A stretch of DNA of 64,000 nt from Raillietiella orientalis (lineage: Eukaryota), in the NCBI GenBank assembly GCA_036172245.1, contig JAYWIR010000043.1, forward strand, positions 434,001 through 498,000, written 5' to 3'. A program made the position numbers and the translations under genes. Positions 1 to 12,078 of this stretch are shown here, in pieces. The notes below the pieces were generated by a model that was not told the origin of the DNA, did not search any database, and saw only the letters and a program-made list of their open reading frames with translations. Each line of letters begins with the position of its first letter. Position 1 is the first letter of the stretch.

Positions 1-587
1 CCACCAAAGTCCCGCGCCTGAGCCGTCTCCAGTGGCACCGTCCTCGAAATGAGGAAATGATTGCGATGACTAAGGGCAGCAGGAATAATGATTATGTGAA
101 TGGCATTCCCATTCGTGATTTCATCGGAATAGAATTCCTGAAAAAGCTGCTTTCCGTGTTTCTGACGTCAGGGCTTTCTTCAGGAGGGTACCCTGCTGAA
201 TGTACTGTTGCAGGTGATCGGATGCAAATGCAGCAATCTTTTCATCTCACATAAAGAGCGATGTGGGGCTTTCCTTCAGCAGATGCTCGAATGCTGCTTC
301 ACTTTCTCGGACAGCTCACTTCAGGAAGCACTTCGAAGCTGAGTTGGCTGTGCTGCCTTCCCGGAATGAGCCACTTCGCTCCCGGCACATAAGCGCCTTG
401 AATGTAAACGTCTCTTATGTACCCCTGCGATGTAGGAAGGGCGCCGTCGGTGTCCGTCATGCAGCCTCGAAGCACGAAGATGGTCTTCCTCTTTCTGACC
501 GAGTGCTGCATGAGCGTAGCAATATGCAGGGCATCGGTAGTAATTTGCCCTCGAAGTGAGGAGCGGCGCAGCTTGCGAGTAATCAAA
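1..587 (-). CDS. Partial multi-exon gene of unknown product containing micro-exons; continues off the left edge, 5' exons not found
   Basis: Five phase-consistent minus-strand exons: 587-500, 424-320, 273-251 (23 nt), 204-192 (13 nt) and 137-<1. They are separated by GT-AG introns of 75, 46, 46 and 54 nt (last acceptor TTTTTCAG). Spliced product is open: LITRKLRRSSLRGQITTDALHIATLMQHS/GYIRDVYIQGAYVPGAKWLIPGRQHSQLSFEVLPE/ESPTSLFI/TFSR/EFYSDEITNGNAIHIIIIPAALSHRNHFLISRT. No family recognised. Confidence 0.5.
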
Positions 588-2459
588 CTGCGAATTTTTC
601 ACGGAAATGAGTTAATTGAAGACGACCAGGAAACGCTGGGATAGAAAGGGGGATGCACGTCACCACTTAGTACAGTAAACCTCCGTGTACCGTGGGTGAT
701 GCTCTCCGCGTTGTACGAGCCCCATGGGTTGGTTATGCGCGGATAATATGATGGTATTTATACACGATAGAAAAATGTATCTTGATCGTCATAGCAGCAG
801 AATATCTACCATCTCTTTCAAATTAAGCAATAAGCACTTTAAATTTCCATCTTTTCGTTTTAGATTTTTGTCTAACATATTAAATCATTTTAAACGACAC
901 TATACCACAAAGTGAAATCGTACAGGAGTGATTGACAGCAGTATACGAGGACGGTCGGCATTTTTTTTTCGTGGAGCTATAAAAATTCGTATTGTACGAT
1001 AGTCTTATGTATTCGCATCCGTTGCAAGGTGTGAATGAATGGGAGAAGTACGTCCTAAGAGAGAGAGAGCTTGCTCAGCATCTGTTGGGCAGCGCAGAAG
1101 GGATTATTTTTACGCTGGACAAAATGTCAGGGCGATTTACAAGAAAGAAACCACGAAGGCATTGCATGCTTAGGGTTTCGAGGAGAGAAAGAGACGACGC
1201 ATAGGTCTCGTGGCTATCAGAAGCAGTGCTTCGAATGCAAGATCGGGAGTGCATCTGAAGAAAAAGAACTCTACGAAAGGTCAGGGGAGGACACGGAAGT
1301 AGATTGTGCTGTTCTCATAATCTGATTCGTATACCTATTCTCAAAGTTCATCATCCCCATCTTCATGGGACTGGAAAACCCAGTTTTATTGAAGATTTGC
1401 TTTACTGAACTGGAAATTGCCACGAGCAGGAAGGAAGCCATCGGTGAACCAGAATGAAATTGGAATTCAGGATTTCTTTCCACTTTGATTTGCCAAATAA
1501 TTATTGACATCGATAACGACCAGAAAGAAGTTTTTTTCAATTCCGGTAGGAAATTGACTCGAAATGCGATAGGGGCGATTACGGAGAGTGACCACCTCTG
1601 AGAATTCAAAGCATTCTTCCCTAAAGCAAATCTGTAGCTGTAACACTGTAACAACAGTCTTACCGTGGAGGATTCGGAAAATCTTTGAGGATCTTATCAG
1701 CCTTTGACTCTCTTCTGAGTTTGCGCACGTTCTGTGCGCTGCAAACATCTCGGTGTTTCCTACATCTGGCAACCAGAGAAGCTCTGATCAGAACGAAGAT
1801 CTGGGTTGCTGTGTAGAAACGGTGCGATCTTAAAGCCATCCGCAGGCAAAAAACTGGGGAACACTTTGGAACTGGGCCTTGGACCACATGACTCTGTGCA
1901 CTACCACACGAAACGAACAAACATTCGACAAGCCGACAGTGAGGGAATGCAACCTCAGTCGACTCGTGCAGCCTCAGAAGCGGCACATGGAGTAACACTT
2001 CATTTTCAGTTGGTATACTCCCTCTCGGCTCCCTTGACTTGGCTAACAGTCCAGTCCTATGCATCGAAGAAGGCTTTGAGCCACCGGAAAGCATCGCAGG
2101 GAGTCCACACTATCTTTACCGCAAGCTTTTCCAAACGCTTCCGTCGCAAGCATATGTGGTTCTTGGTCCTCGCTGTCACGTTCTGTGGATACGCCGAAGA
2201 CTGCGTTAGCAGCAGCGTTTGCTCAAGATCGGCACTGCAGCAGAACCAAGCGGGAAAGCAGGCGTGGCATATTCCTGCATACACTCGTTGTACGGTGAAA
2301 TGGAATCAGACTTTGCTTATCCGTCACTCTCGGAACTGAGCTATGGGCAAAGAAATGATCAGAAAGGAGGAGCAAACGAAGAAGCAAATGACCGAAAGCA
2401 GACGTGACTCAAATGGATTTCCAAGATAACGGTCTTCACGGATGGTGATTTACTGACAC

Positions 2460-2830
2460 GTAATAAAGTTGCAAATAGAACTCATTCCACTGGAAAGGCC
2501 GAATAATCCAACTATTTCTAGATGAACAGGAGAGTCATTGACGATAGGATTACGCTAACTTTGCGAACTGTACATTCAGAAGGCATCCCCTAAATTCAAG
2601 GAATAAACTTCAGTAACGTTTTGGTGCGTGCGGAGGCCACTGAGACCAGCGGTTCCATCAAGTTTTAGAAAAAAGGCTAAATACAAATCACACAGCGAAG
2701 TCGAAACCAGCTTACCCATGCCTGTTATCGTCATGATTACTACGGCCATCAGTAAAGGGACCGACAATATCAGAGTTACTGATCTTCTAGAAGACTTCCC
2801 GTAGGCACTGTCCACCGTATACGGTGTAGC
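2460..2830 (+). mobile_element. Possible heavily decayed Ty3/Gypsy reverse-transcriptase fragment
   Basis: A stop-interrupted frame KLQIELIP...FWCVRRP...SLPMPVIVMITTAISKG...VTDLLEDF loosely follows the spacing of the gypsy RT N-terminal region (YPxPxI...DL..GF). Resemblance by eye only. Confidence 0.2.
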
Positions 2831-5808
2831 AGTTTGTTAGTTAAGTGCGTTATTATCTGGTTTGTATCGCAGAACCAGCAGAGATACTAAGACATTTAAA
2901 AAAAAAAAAAGAAAAGAAAAAAGGTCAACTGAGGCAGCAGTGACAGTTTTGCGTGTTGTGTGAAAAAGAGCTGAGTCACACCTACCGTTGTATTCTGAAG
3001 TGCCTTTGCGTGCATTTACATTGCAGCCGTGCAATACATGAATTTAGTGTACTCGTTACGGTGAATTCACTTCTTGGACAAAAGACTAGAAGCGCCCATC
3101 GAAGTAAATGAATAATTTCAAGTCGAGTGGCACCCGTGTCTCCGATGTGTTCCTCTATCCATGCTTCTCAGTCTCACTCAGGAACTTCTGCATGTGTAAT
3201 TTGCTACCGTTAGAAATGTGCTCTCCGAGCTGATCACACCCAATTTGTTTCCATAGACTAGAAAGCGAAAACTGTGAATCCATATGAGTCCATTCGATTT
3301 CACAAATTCACAAAGGTGTTTTTTTTTATTTTCTTGATAATAGCCACAGCAATCAGATAATCTAAAACTCTTTCTAATTCCACAAGGTTGTGTGCTGCAA
3401 ATTTTGCTTCACAAGTTCGTTTACCTAGAAGATTCTTAGTTCAAAGCACTCGGGGACACCGTTTTCTGATGCATAATTTGATGGATTTTTTTTCCTTTTC
3501 CCTCCATCCACACAAGTGGTCACCGATTGTGTGCTTTTTGAAAAAAAGCACGGTATGTGATCATTTGTGTGGATTTTCTCAGACAGAAGTTTGTTTGAGA
3601 AATGTGCTGCTGCTGTCTTCTCTTACGTGCGGATGTTTTTATTTTATTACGGTTTTTTTTTATTTACCATCCTTATTGGACTTTACCTATGAAGCAAGAG
3701 AAGGCTCAAGAGCGGCCAGGAACACTCACGTCGCTGCCTAGAAATCTGCAGCTGCATTGGCTTCGTGTTTGGAGAGATTTTCACTCGCCAAGATGGGGCG
3801 GCTTTTCGCTGTCTCTCCTAATCATCCAAGGAAGGCTCATTCCTATTCTAGAGAAACACAAAGGGAAACTCAATGTCATTTTTCTCAGGTCATTTTTGGG
3901 CAGAGGCCACGCTAATCTTTTAATTTTGGGCGCACCCCTCCAAGTCTGCACAATAAGCCACCCTTCGTATGAGACACTATTCGAATTTTCAACATGTAGA
4001 ACTACATGTTGACTGAGTTAGAGAAACTATGTGGGTGCGTTTCGTCCGGTCCCTCGAATCCAGAGAAAGCTCGCAAAAAGAAAGTTCTTGAATTTCGTGT
4101 TCTTTGATGCTCCAGGCGGACGGGAATCGCACCCGCAAGACCAGACCGGAGTAGCACACGGCTCGACTCATTTCCAAGTGTTCGTTTCCGTTTCGTATTT
4201 TTCAATTACATTCACGGAAAGGAATTTCTCGTTCCAAAAAGTCCGGCGCAGGTGGACCCAAATGGAAGGCAATTGCTCCATATAGTTCGGATGTAGAAAT
4301 TCCGCTTTTATGAAACTTGCTTTCCTATATTTATTTTCTCAAAAAGTATTCACTTCAAGGATTCCTCAAGCAGATCCTTATGGGCACGAAATAAAAGTTG
4401 ACCTTTGAAACACTACCAACGAAGATGGCTACCATCATATTGCAATCGTTAATCGTCTATCCGTCAGCCTTGAATTCAAAATTACATTAGCGGGGGATCG
4501 CTTTGATCGTGTATTGCATGATCAAAGGGATCCGTTGCCAAGCAATGCAACGCTTCGTTTTACGGTCGTGCAAGCGAAAGGACGCATTCTCTGGACCACA
4601 CGAGACGGAACTGCTATCCTCAAGATAACATGGAGCGCGGAACAAGTAAGACTTGGTCCACAAGGCACGCAGGAAGCACAGAAAATGAACTCTCTCTACT
4701 TTTTTTGATTTGGTGCCATTTTTCCACCACCAGAACGCAGTGAACCGATAAAAATGAAATCCGCCTTTAATTAACCATAGTGAAATAGTCGTGAAAACTC
4801 CGTACTGGCTGATGACACCTTGTGAAGGAAATAGGGGTCTCTTGGCACTAGTGGCTGTGTTTGCAAAGTTCTCCGGACTACCTCCAGGCTATCTCCAGAT
4901 TTCCCGGATGACACTGATGTGACTTAAAGCAGTAATGGCCCTACTTTGCAGTAGAATGGCAATGAATGGATATTCTTGGGAGAGTGCTAGCGGAGGCATT
5001 GAATGTGGAGAGAAATGAAAAGTTACACGTCGCCGCAGCCTTCCTAAATCTCCGTGATTTCGGGGCAGTGTTGCCTTTCTGTAATTTTCTCTCAGCAGGA
5101 TGTAACGAGGAGTTCTCAGAATGGTGCATAGCTTTTTTTTCTCCTTCGAATCATTTCTGGTATGTGGAACTATGGGGGATCGATCAGAGGAAGAAAAAAA
5201 CTGCAGGATCGAGCACTTCTGGAATTTCCTTAAGAAACTGAGAATAATTCTTGTTTGAACAATATTTGTACACGTGTCGCCTAATGATATGGAATGGTAG
5301 TAGTTACGATGCATTATCGTGCTATTTACACTATTTCTTTTTATTAATTTGTGCTACTGACTCACCTTCAGAACAATCACTTAAATGGAAAGATTAACCG
5401 ACGTTAATTTTCTAAGAACAACAGATTTAGAAAGATTTTCAGGCCTCATTTCCATCAGGGGCACATGACCCCTGAAATCAACTCTTAGCTGAATGACGAT
5501 TACTGAGTGTTGCAGGTGAACAGCAAAAGTAGCATAAAAGGCGTGTTTGCAATGTCGGACTATTCATACACAAAATCAGTGTATAAGCAAATTAAGTGGC
5601 AATGTTGTTGACTGTACAATGAGCGTGCATGTTTTATTCAAATCGAATTATTGACGCCATCACTTTCGCTTCATTATCATCATGAGCACAGCTTCCAAGA
5701 AAATACGTAGAAGAAACATATTATGTAAATCGAAAGAAGAACCAATGAAGTCGACTTGGGTTCCTTCACGTCTATTGCATCATTACATTCTACGGCTTCA
5801 TCTTGCAA

Positions 5809-6990
5809 ATGTCTAAAGCAATAACAATGTTTGCAGGCAACCTCTACCTGAGAGTGTGTCAGTCATAATTCATTTCACCGCCTTTCCTTTAAGAAAGAAG
5901 AGGTCTCCGGTTGGCTACTTTTGCAGTTTTACGAATACCATCATTTAATCCTGTCTTTCACCTTGTTCTTCACGGTGCTTTTGCTCTGGTGGCATTACTT
6001 GAGCGCTAGGAGAGAAGTGATAAGATACCGATCAGCAAACCAGCGGTCAGATGCTGACACTTTCGATTACGTGAGTACAGGAAGGGCCCGAGGCAAAAAC
6101 GACTTTCAGAAAACCGCGGAATACACGTTGTTTTACTACAACTTCGAAGGGCAGGCGGAGGTGATACGGCGCATCTTCCGCTTCGTCAAGGTCGACTTCA
6201 AGGATGTGCCTCTGAAGATCCGCGACTGGATCACCATGAAGCGAAGTAAGCGGAAAAGGAGAAGGGTGAGCGACAGCGACGGGAAGAATGCGACCAGAAG
6301 CGCCTTTCCGGGAGCTGCCCTTGCTGACCATCCGGAACGGGGAGGAGACGAGGATGCTGTCGCACGACGTGGCCATCTGCCGGCTGCTGGCGCGGCTCTT
6401 CGGGTTCACGGGCGTGGACGAGAGGCAGGCGGCCGAGTGCGACATGCACGTGGAGCTGCTGAGGAACGTGCTGAAGAGGCTCGTCGCGTTCAAGTAAGCA
6501 GCGGCCGTCCGGCAGCGCAGACTGCTTCCCGTCCCGCTTTCGACCACAGGGAAGAAAAGGAGGAGTCTCAACAGCTGCGAATCCAAAACCTTGTCTTTCA
6601 AGAGGTCCCCGAGTATCTGGACCACCTGGACGCGCACTTGGCGAGGAAGACCAAGTGGCTCGTCGGGAAATCGGTCAGCAGTGCACCAAAGTGCTTTCTT
6701 GCTTTTGCGGATCTCAGAGCCTTCCTTAGTTGCAAAAACTTTTCCAATTTAACATAAAGCACTTGCTTTTTCGCAATCGGATTGTGCAATCGCAAGTTGT
6801 ACATCAGAGACGCAGTTCCCATTTACTGTTTGCTAATTTTCCTTTGGATGTACAGATGACTTGGGCAGATGTGTACGCTTGTCACGTTTTGCAGACGCTA
6901 TTACAAAGCGATCCTCATTTGCTTCAGAAATACGCATCCGTAAAAAAACTGATGACCGATGTGAGCAAAATATTCGAAACTCCTGCATGA
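5809..6990 (+). CDS. Glutathione S-transferase (sigma-like) with N-terminal hydrophobic/transmembrane extension
   Basis: Exons 5809-5853 (tentative first), 5927-6070, 6110-6245, 6298-6493, 6550-6673 and 6856-6990, all GT-AG and phase-consistent. Motifs: YTLFYYNFEGQAEVIR (sigma YxLxYF..RG.AE.IR), KAPFRELPLL (PFGQLP), LSHDVAICRLLARLFGFTG, WLVGKSMTWADV. AATAAA at 7057-7062. Confidence 0.88.
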
Positions 6991-7999
6991 TCACGTATGT
7001 GGGTGCCTTATTTTCGTAATCTTTTATCACACAGGAACTAGATTTACTCAAATCAAAATAAAATGCTTACTACGTACTATTCGAAAACGTGTTCATTGGT
7101 GCCTTTTATTCTAAATCTGCGAACTGAAGTAACAAACCTTTACAACTTTTCTCATTTGATACCATTTGCTAATATTACAAAAATAGTTACGCTATTTCCC
7201 CTCATGTTACGTTGATCCACCAGAAACCTATTGGACTATCTTGAATCAACCTCAATGCTAAGTTTTTCATGCTTGTCAAAAGGATCTTTCAGTATAGGTG
7301 CCTATAAGGATGCGTACGAAGATGAGTCATTACTGCCTTAATCCCTTGTAAACGTCATCTTAGTTGAATGAATAAAAAAACAGGGTCACCAACAAGCTTT
7401 CGAATTTGGCTAACAACTCCATAACCTCATTACCTCTGGTGGAACCACGCATGCTTTTCCAACCTCATAATACATGGATTAAATACATTTTTTTTTTCAT
7501 CAGGATAGTTCCATGATGACAAAAAACGAAGTCTATTGAAATTTGTTCACCTTCATTGCCACTCTTCATGCAATCTAAATATTTCATCAAACCACAGAAG
7601 GTATATACTGACTTGAACAATACCAAAAGCATCTCTGAGAATTATGTTTAGTGAGAACAACAACACACACTATAAGGTGGATCTCAGATTGTTCATATGC
7701 TAAACATGAATTCAAATGCACCAGTTTTTCCATGAACCATTTTGAAATTTTTGGGTTAAGTCACAAAAGAATTTTTACAATTATTAAACGGATTGAAACA
7801 TGATAAATGAATAGTATTATAATCTATTCATTGTGGGTTGGTACATGCTCAGGATTTTATTAACCTGCTCATTTGCACTTCTATTTGTAAATATGCTTCA
7901 AACACAGCAAGAATATGGAAAAATGTATGTTGCTCCTTTCCCTACTTATGAGAGTTCCCGAAAGTGTACATTTTTTTCATTCCTCTTGCATTTATTATT

Positions 8000-10900
8000 C
8001 TATTTCTGAACAGCTGATTTCAACAACTCTTGGATCTGTACATTTTTGTCAAAAATAAGGCACTTTGCAACCCTGATTTCATCATGAAGACTCTCTATAT
8101 CTTTGTCCATATCATGCAAAGTACACTTCAGAGGTTCAATTTGCTGAGACATGTGTCTGTAAGCAAGTTAACACATAATTCATTATGTGCAATTTGCAAA
8201 CCTCCGTGCTTCTTCCAGTCTAAACTGCAATCTGTACCTTTCCTGGTGACACTCTTGATACTCTCGCTGCATTATGTTCAAATCCTCTTGTAAACAGTCA
8301 ATATATTTCCCGACTGGATGAGCAAAATGTGCTAATGACTGAATATCATTCTGCAACTTTTGCAGCTCTGAACTGAAGTTTGAAATAGAGTCAATAGACC
8401 CATCTGGCAAGCTGACACTAGGTTCCTAATAACATACATTTTGACACAAATAAGTCACTGATGTATTTTACAATTTCAAGATTTTGCTTGGCTTCCTTAA
8501 TTTGGGAGAGTATCAACCCTTGATAAACAGTATCAACAGGTGAATCTCCATCTGGTTCTCTTTGCTCTACAATAAGCAATGCATTCTCATCTTCAAAGTT
8601 ATTTTGGTTTTCTTTGATGATATCAGTCATCACTGGTTTTGCAGATGTGCTGCTGGCTTCTCCATCTAAAACGAAACTGAAACTTCGAAGTCGTGGTGGA
8701 GGTGGATGGGCACTTCCAGGGTGTTTTGTTTTTGAGGACAAGACATGGCTCCTTTTCAGACCCCTTTGTGAAATGCCAAATATTACTGCACAAACCATGA
8801 ATCCACTTCTGTTTCTGAAGGAACTATGGTTAACTGCTCTCTGTCAAAATCTATATGTGATGAAGATTCGGCATCCTGCACTGTAGCTGTATTAATCTCT
8901 TTGATTTCTGTTTCTGCTCCTACACCTTGCTGTTCCCCTGCTTGGAAATTTGAAACAACGATTTTTGAATCATCACGATTTTTGGAGGATCGCTTCAGAG
9001 AAGGTATTAATCTGACTTCACATACTTAATCTCAACAAAGCATCAACATGGACATTACTTTTTCTCTTGTGAATCTAGAGGTTTTTTTGATTGCTGGAGT
9101 TGTCCTTTCACCATTCGTTGCTGAGAATGTTTCGACGAACGTAAAGCACCTTTAACTACTGTGTTTTGTTGACCTTTCAATGCAGATGACACTACTGTAT
9201 CATTTGTGCCTTCCTTTGGATTCAGCAATAAGTATTTCAATATGGAATTACCCTATACCTGTGGACTACGTATACTATTGGATTCTTTCACAGAAGCCAA
9301 TGGTTTGCCAGTGTTTTGAAACTTGGGTTTCTCTCCACTTAATACATGACCCACTGCATCTGTAGTATCAACCTTGGTAGAAATGATCCCCAGATAGCTA
9401 AGAAAGTGCATGGTGACTGTGTTGGAAAAAACAAAGTGTGATGCTACACTAATAGCTAAGCTGAGAATATAGAAGAGTGCCACTACCTTTTGGATAGCTG
9501 CTTGACTGAGAGTTTGCAGAAATATGTTAGTGCTTTCTACATCTTTCCCAGCCACAATCATTGAAGGGCGGGCTGCCAATGGCTGCTTAACAGCCCATGC
9601 TACAAAATGAGTTTTTATAAGAACATCTTAGCAAAAAAATAATCTTGAAGATACACATTTTTCGAATTGGAATACTCACAAACTGTTGACCATATGACAA
9701 ATGATTCAAAAATGTAACAGTAAAATCGCAATCAACATCATCATGTACACTGTAGCATTTCATGTTTGATACATTTATAAATACTTTCTTGCAATCAAAT
9801 AATTTAACAAAGGCTTTAAATTGAATTTGAGGTCTGTGGTTCAAAGTTCGTGATCCTCTACACATAAGCAATTTAAAATAGCAACCAGGAATATACTACC
9901 TGATGTGGCTATATATATTATATAGCCACATCAGTGCATGCAGAATTGATTTCAAAGTGCAGGGTTTACAATGCAAAAATCTCAAGTAGTGAAGAATCTT
10001 TTACTATCTCTATTACTTGGTATACTAAGTGTGCACATCATAGAATATAGCAATGAATGACAATGTGAAAAGTAGGTTGAGTGTTCCTCTTATAAATAAG
10101 TTTTAATAAAAATCAATCAATCAAACAAAAAACGAAAATGCTTGGCATTTGTTTAATCCATTTTTTGATGCACTTCTTTATTAACAGATGCTTTAGCATG
10201 CTTTCTTTAGTTAACATTCATTGCTTGTGATCAGAACAATTTTTCTTAATTTCAAATTTAAAGCAAATTAAATATCTGATTAACAAGAGCATTACAATGA
10301 ATGCAATATGGGTTATAAGAACATTAGGTTTGTCAGCATCAATCAATGTTATGTAGCAAGAAAAGCATGCAGAGATCAATAAATGAATGGAAATGCAATC
10401 TGGATACAAAAACCCTTTCAGCAGTGAATTCAGAAAGAAACAAAACTATCTCATAAATAATGCCATAATTTATGTTGAATCTTGAAAACTATGCCAACTC
10501 TTAAAAACAAAAGCTTTGAATTGCAATTTTCAAACAGAGATAATGAATAACCTAAACTGGTTATGAAATCTTTTTTCTAATTTCCTAAGTACTGAGAAAT
10601 ATTTTGGAACATGAATGGCAAGTACTATAAAATTTTCCAAATGGGCACAAGTATGAATTTAGAAACTTACATGGATAATAAATAATTTACAACTCGTACA
10701 AGATAAAAGACTGATGATCATTTCTAAAATACTTTGGAATACTTTCATTCAAAATACCAATTTCCTACAGTAATCTCTGTCCAGATAGGGGATATGTACA
10801 TATAACATCTTCAAAAAGTTTAAAGGTTCAAATTTCAAAAGATTTTTCAATTACTTATTAGCTTTTGTACAATTTACGCAGAAACATCCCTTGCCTATTT

Positions 10901-12078
10901 CAGTAGGAATACTCATTAATGACTTTTGATAAATCAAAGTCATCAATGATTCTGAATTGTTTTTTCAACTCAATTGCTCCATATCAGTTTTAAATTAAAT
11001 CCTGGAAAAGTCATATTCCACTGTTTCAACAAATCCATATGCAAAGAAAGACTGTATCTTAAAATGCCACATTGGTTGGATGGAATGGTAGACAAATTTC
11101 TTAATAAATTAAAAACCTACTTCATTAAATCTGCATTTGGAGAACTGCATGTTTTGGGAAAATCAATACGTTTCAATACATGTTTTGGAAAAACAATATG
11201 AATTTGTTTTCAACTAGGTAGTAAATTATAAGTCAATATAAACAACCTTAAAATGACAATAAAATTTTGTGATTTTGAGGATTCATAATCCACAAATTAA
11301 ATAGCTTCTATGAGAATTTCAAAAACTATCCACAAAATTAAAACGTCATTATACAAGCAGCAAACAGATGAATCATTAAGCGTTATTTGCACTGGGTTTC
11401 ATGGAAAACGGTAAACGAGCAAATGTGCAAACTGCTAACCATTTTGTGGAATTCGGACAATCATAATAATAAAAATATGGCATTTCATTTCAAATACATT
11501 TGCATGCTTTTCACACAAGTTATTCTACCAAAGACTATCAAGAACTCTTTAACATTTAGAGGTTCATTCTGGGGAAAACGATCACGTACATGGGGCAAAA
11601 GTAACAAATATCCCAAACTACCCTTTGTTCACAGATTTGGTTAACGACATAGTTTTGATTCCACTGAATTTCCGATTACCTTAACTATTACTTCAATATT
11701 AATAATGCTCTGTAAGACATCAAAAATGTGGATTTAGATTGAAACAAATTAAGTTTAGATTAAAAAAAAATTTGATTACAAGTGGCATATATAGCCTTTT
11801 GAAGGAAGGTGATTTTCGCATGTCTTCCTTCTATATTTCCTGAATTCAATTCTTCCTGAGTATACAGCCCTGCAAGGAATCCGGTCTCCCTAATTGTCTG
11901 GAAAAACACCTAATTTCCTTGAAAATGTAAAAACAAGGATTACCGCTGTTATGATATCATGGAGGTAACGAAACGGTGGCCTTTTAAGCAATTTCTCGGT
12001 TAATGGCAACTTTTTTATATAGTTGCCCAATAATTCTTGAGTGTTCTTAATGATCTTAGGATCCACATATTCTCCCAT
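8000..12078 (-). CDS. TRAF3IP1: TRAF3-interacting protein 1 / intraflagellar transport protein IFT54 (MIP-T3, DYF-11)
   Basis: Exon 1 (12078-11944) is MGEYVDPKIIKNTQELLGNYIKKLPLTEKLLKRPPFRYLHDIITA, the signature IFT54 CH-domain start. Exon 2 (11897-11780) is TIRETGFLAGLY..KITFLQKAI and exon 3 (9599-9487) contains PLAARPSMIVAG. A low-complexity middle region and C-terminal coiled coil (HPVGKYIDCLQED...IEPLK) end at TAG 8002-8000. Middle exon boundaries were not all resolved. Confidence 0.92.

Noticed and set aside
670..1030. Possible Tigger/mariner-like termini (TACAGTAAACCTCCG.., TATACGAGG..)
   Set aside because: No matching partner TIR or transposase remnant found.
1560..2340. Coding-like stretch with a 177-aa ORF
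   Set aside because: No recognisable motifs or consistent splice structure.
4112..4180. tRNA-like T-arm on the minus strand (GCGGGTGCGATTCCCGTC)
   Set aside because: The TTC of the T-loop is altered and I could not build an acceptor stem, D-arm or anticodon arm; at most a SINE or tRNA relic.
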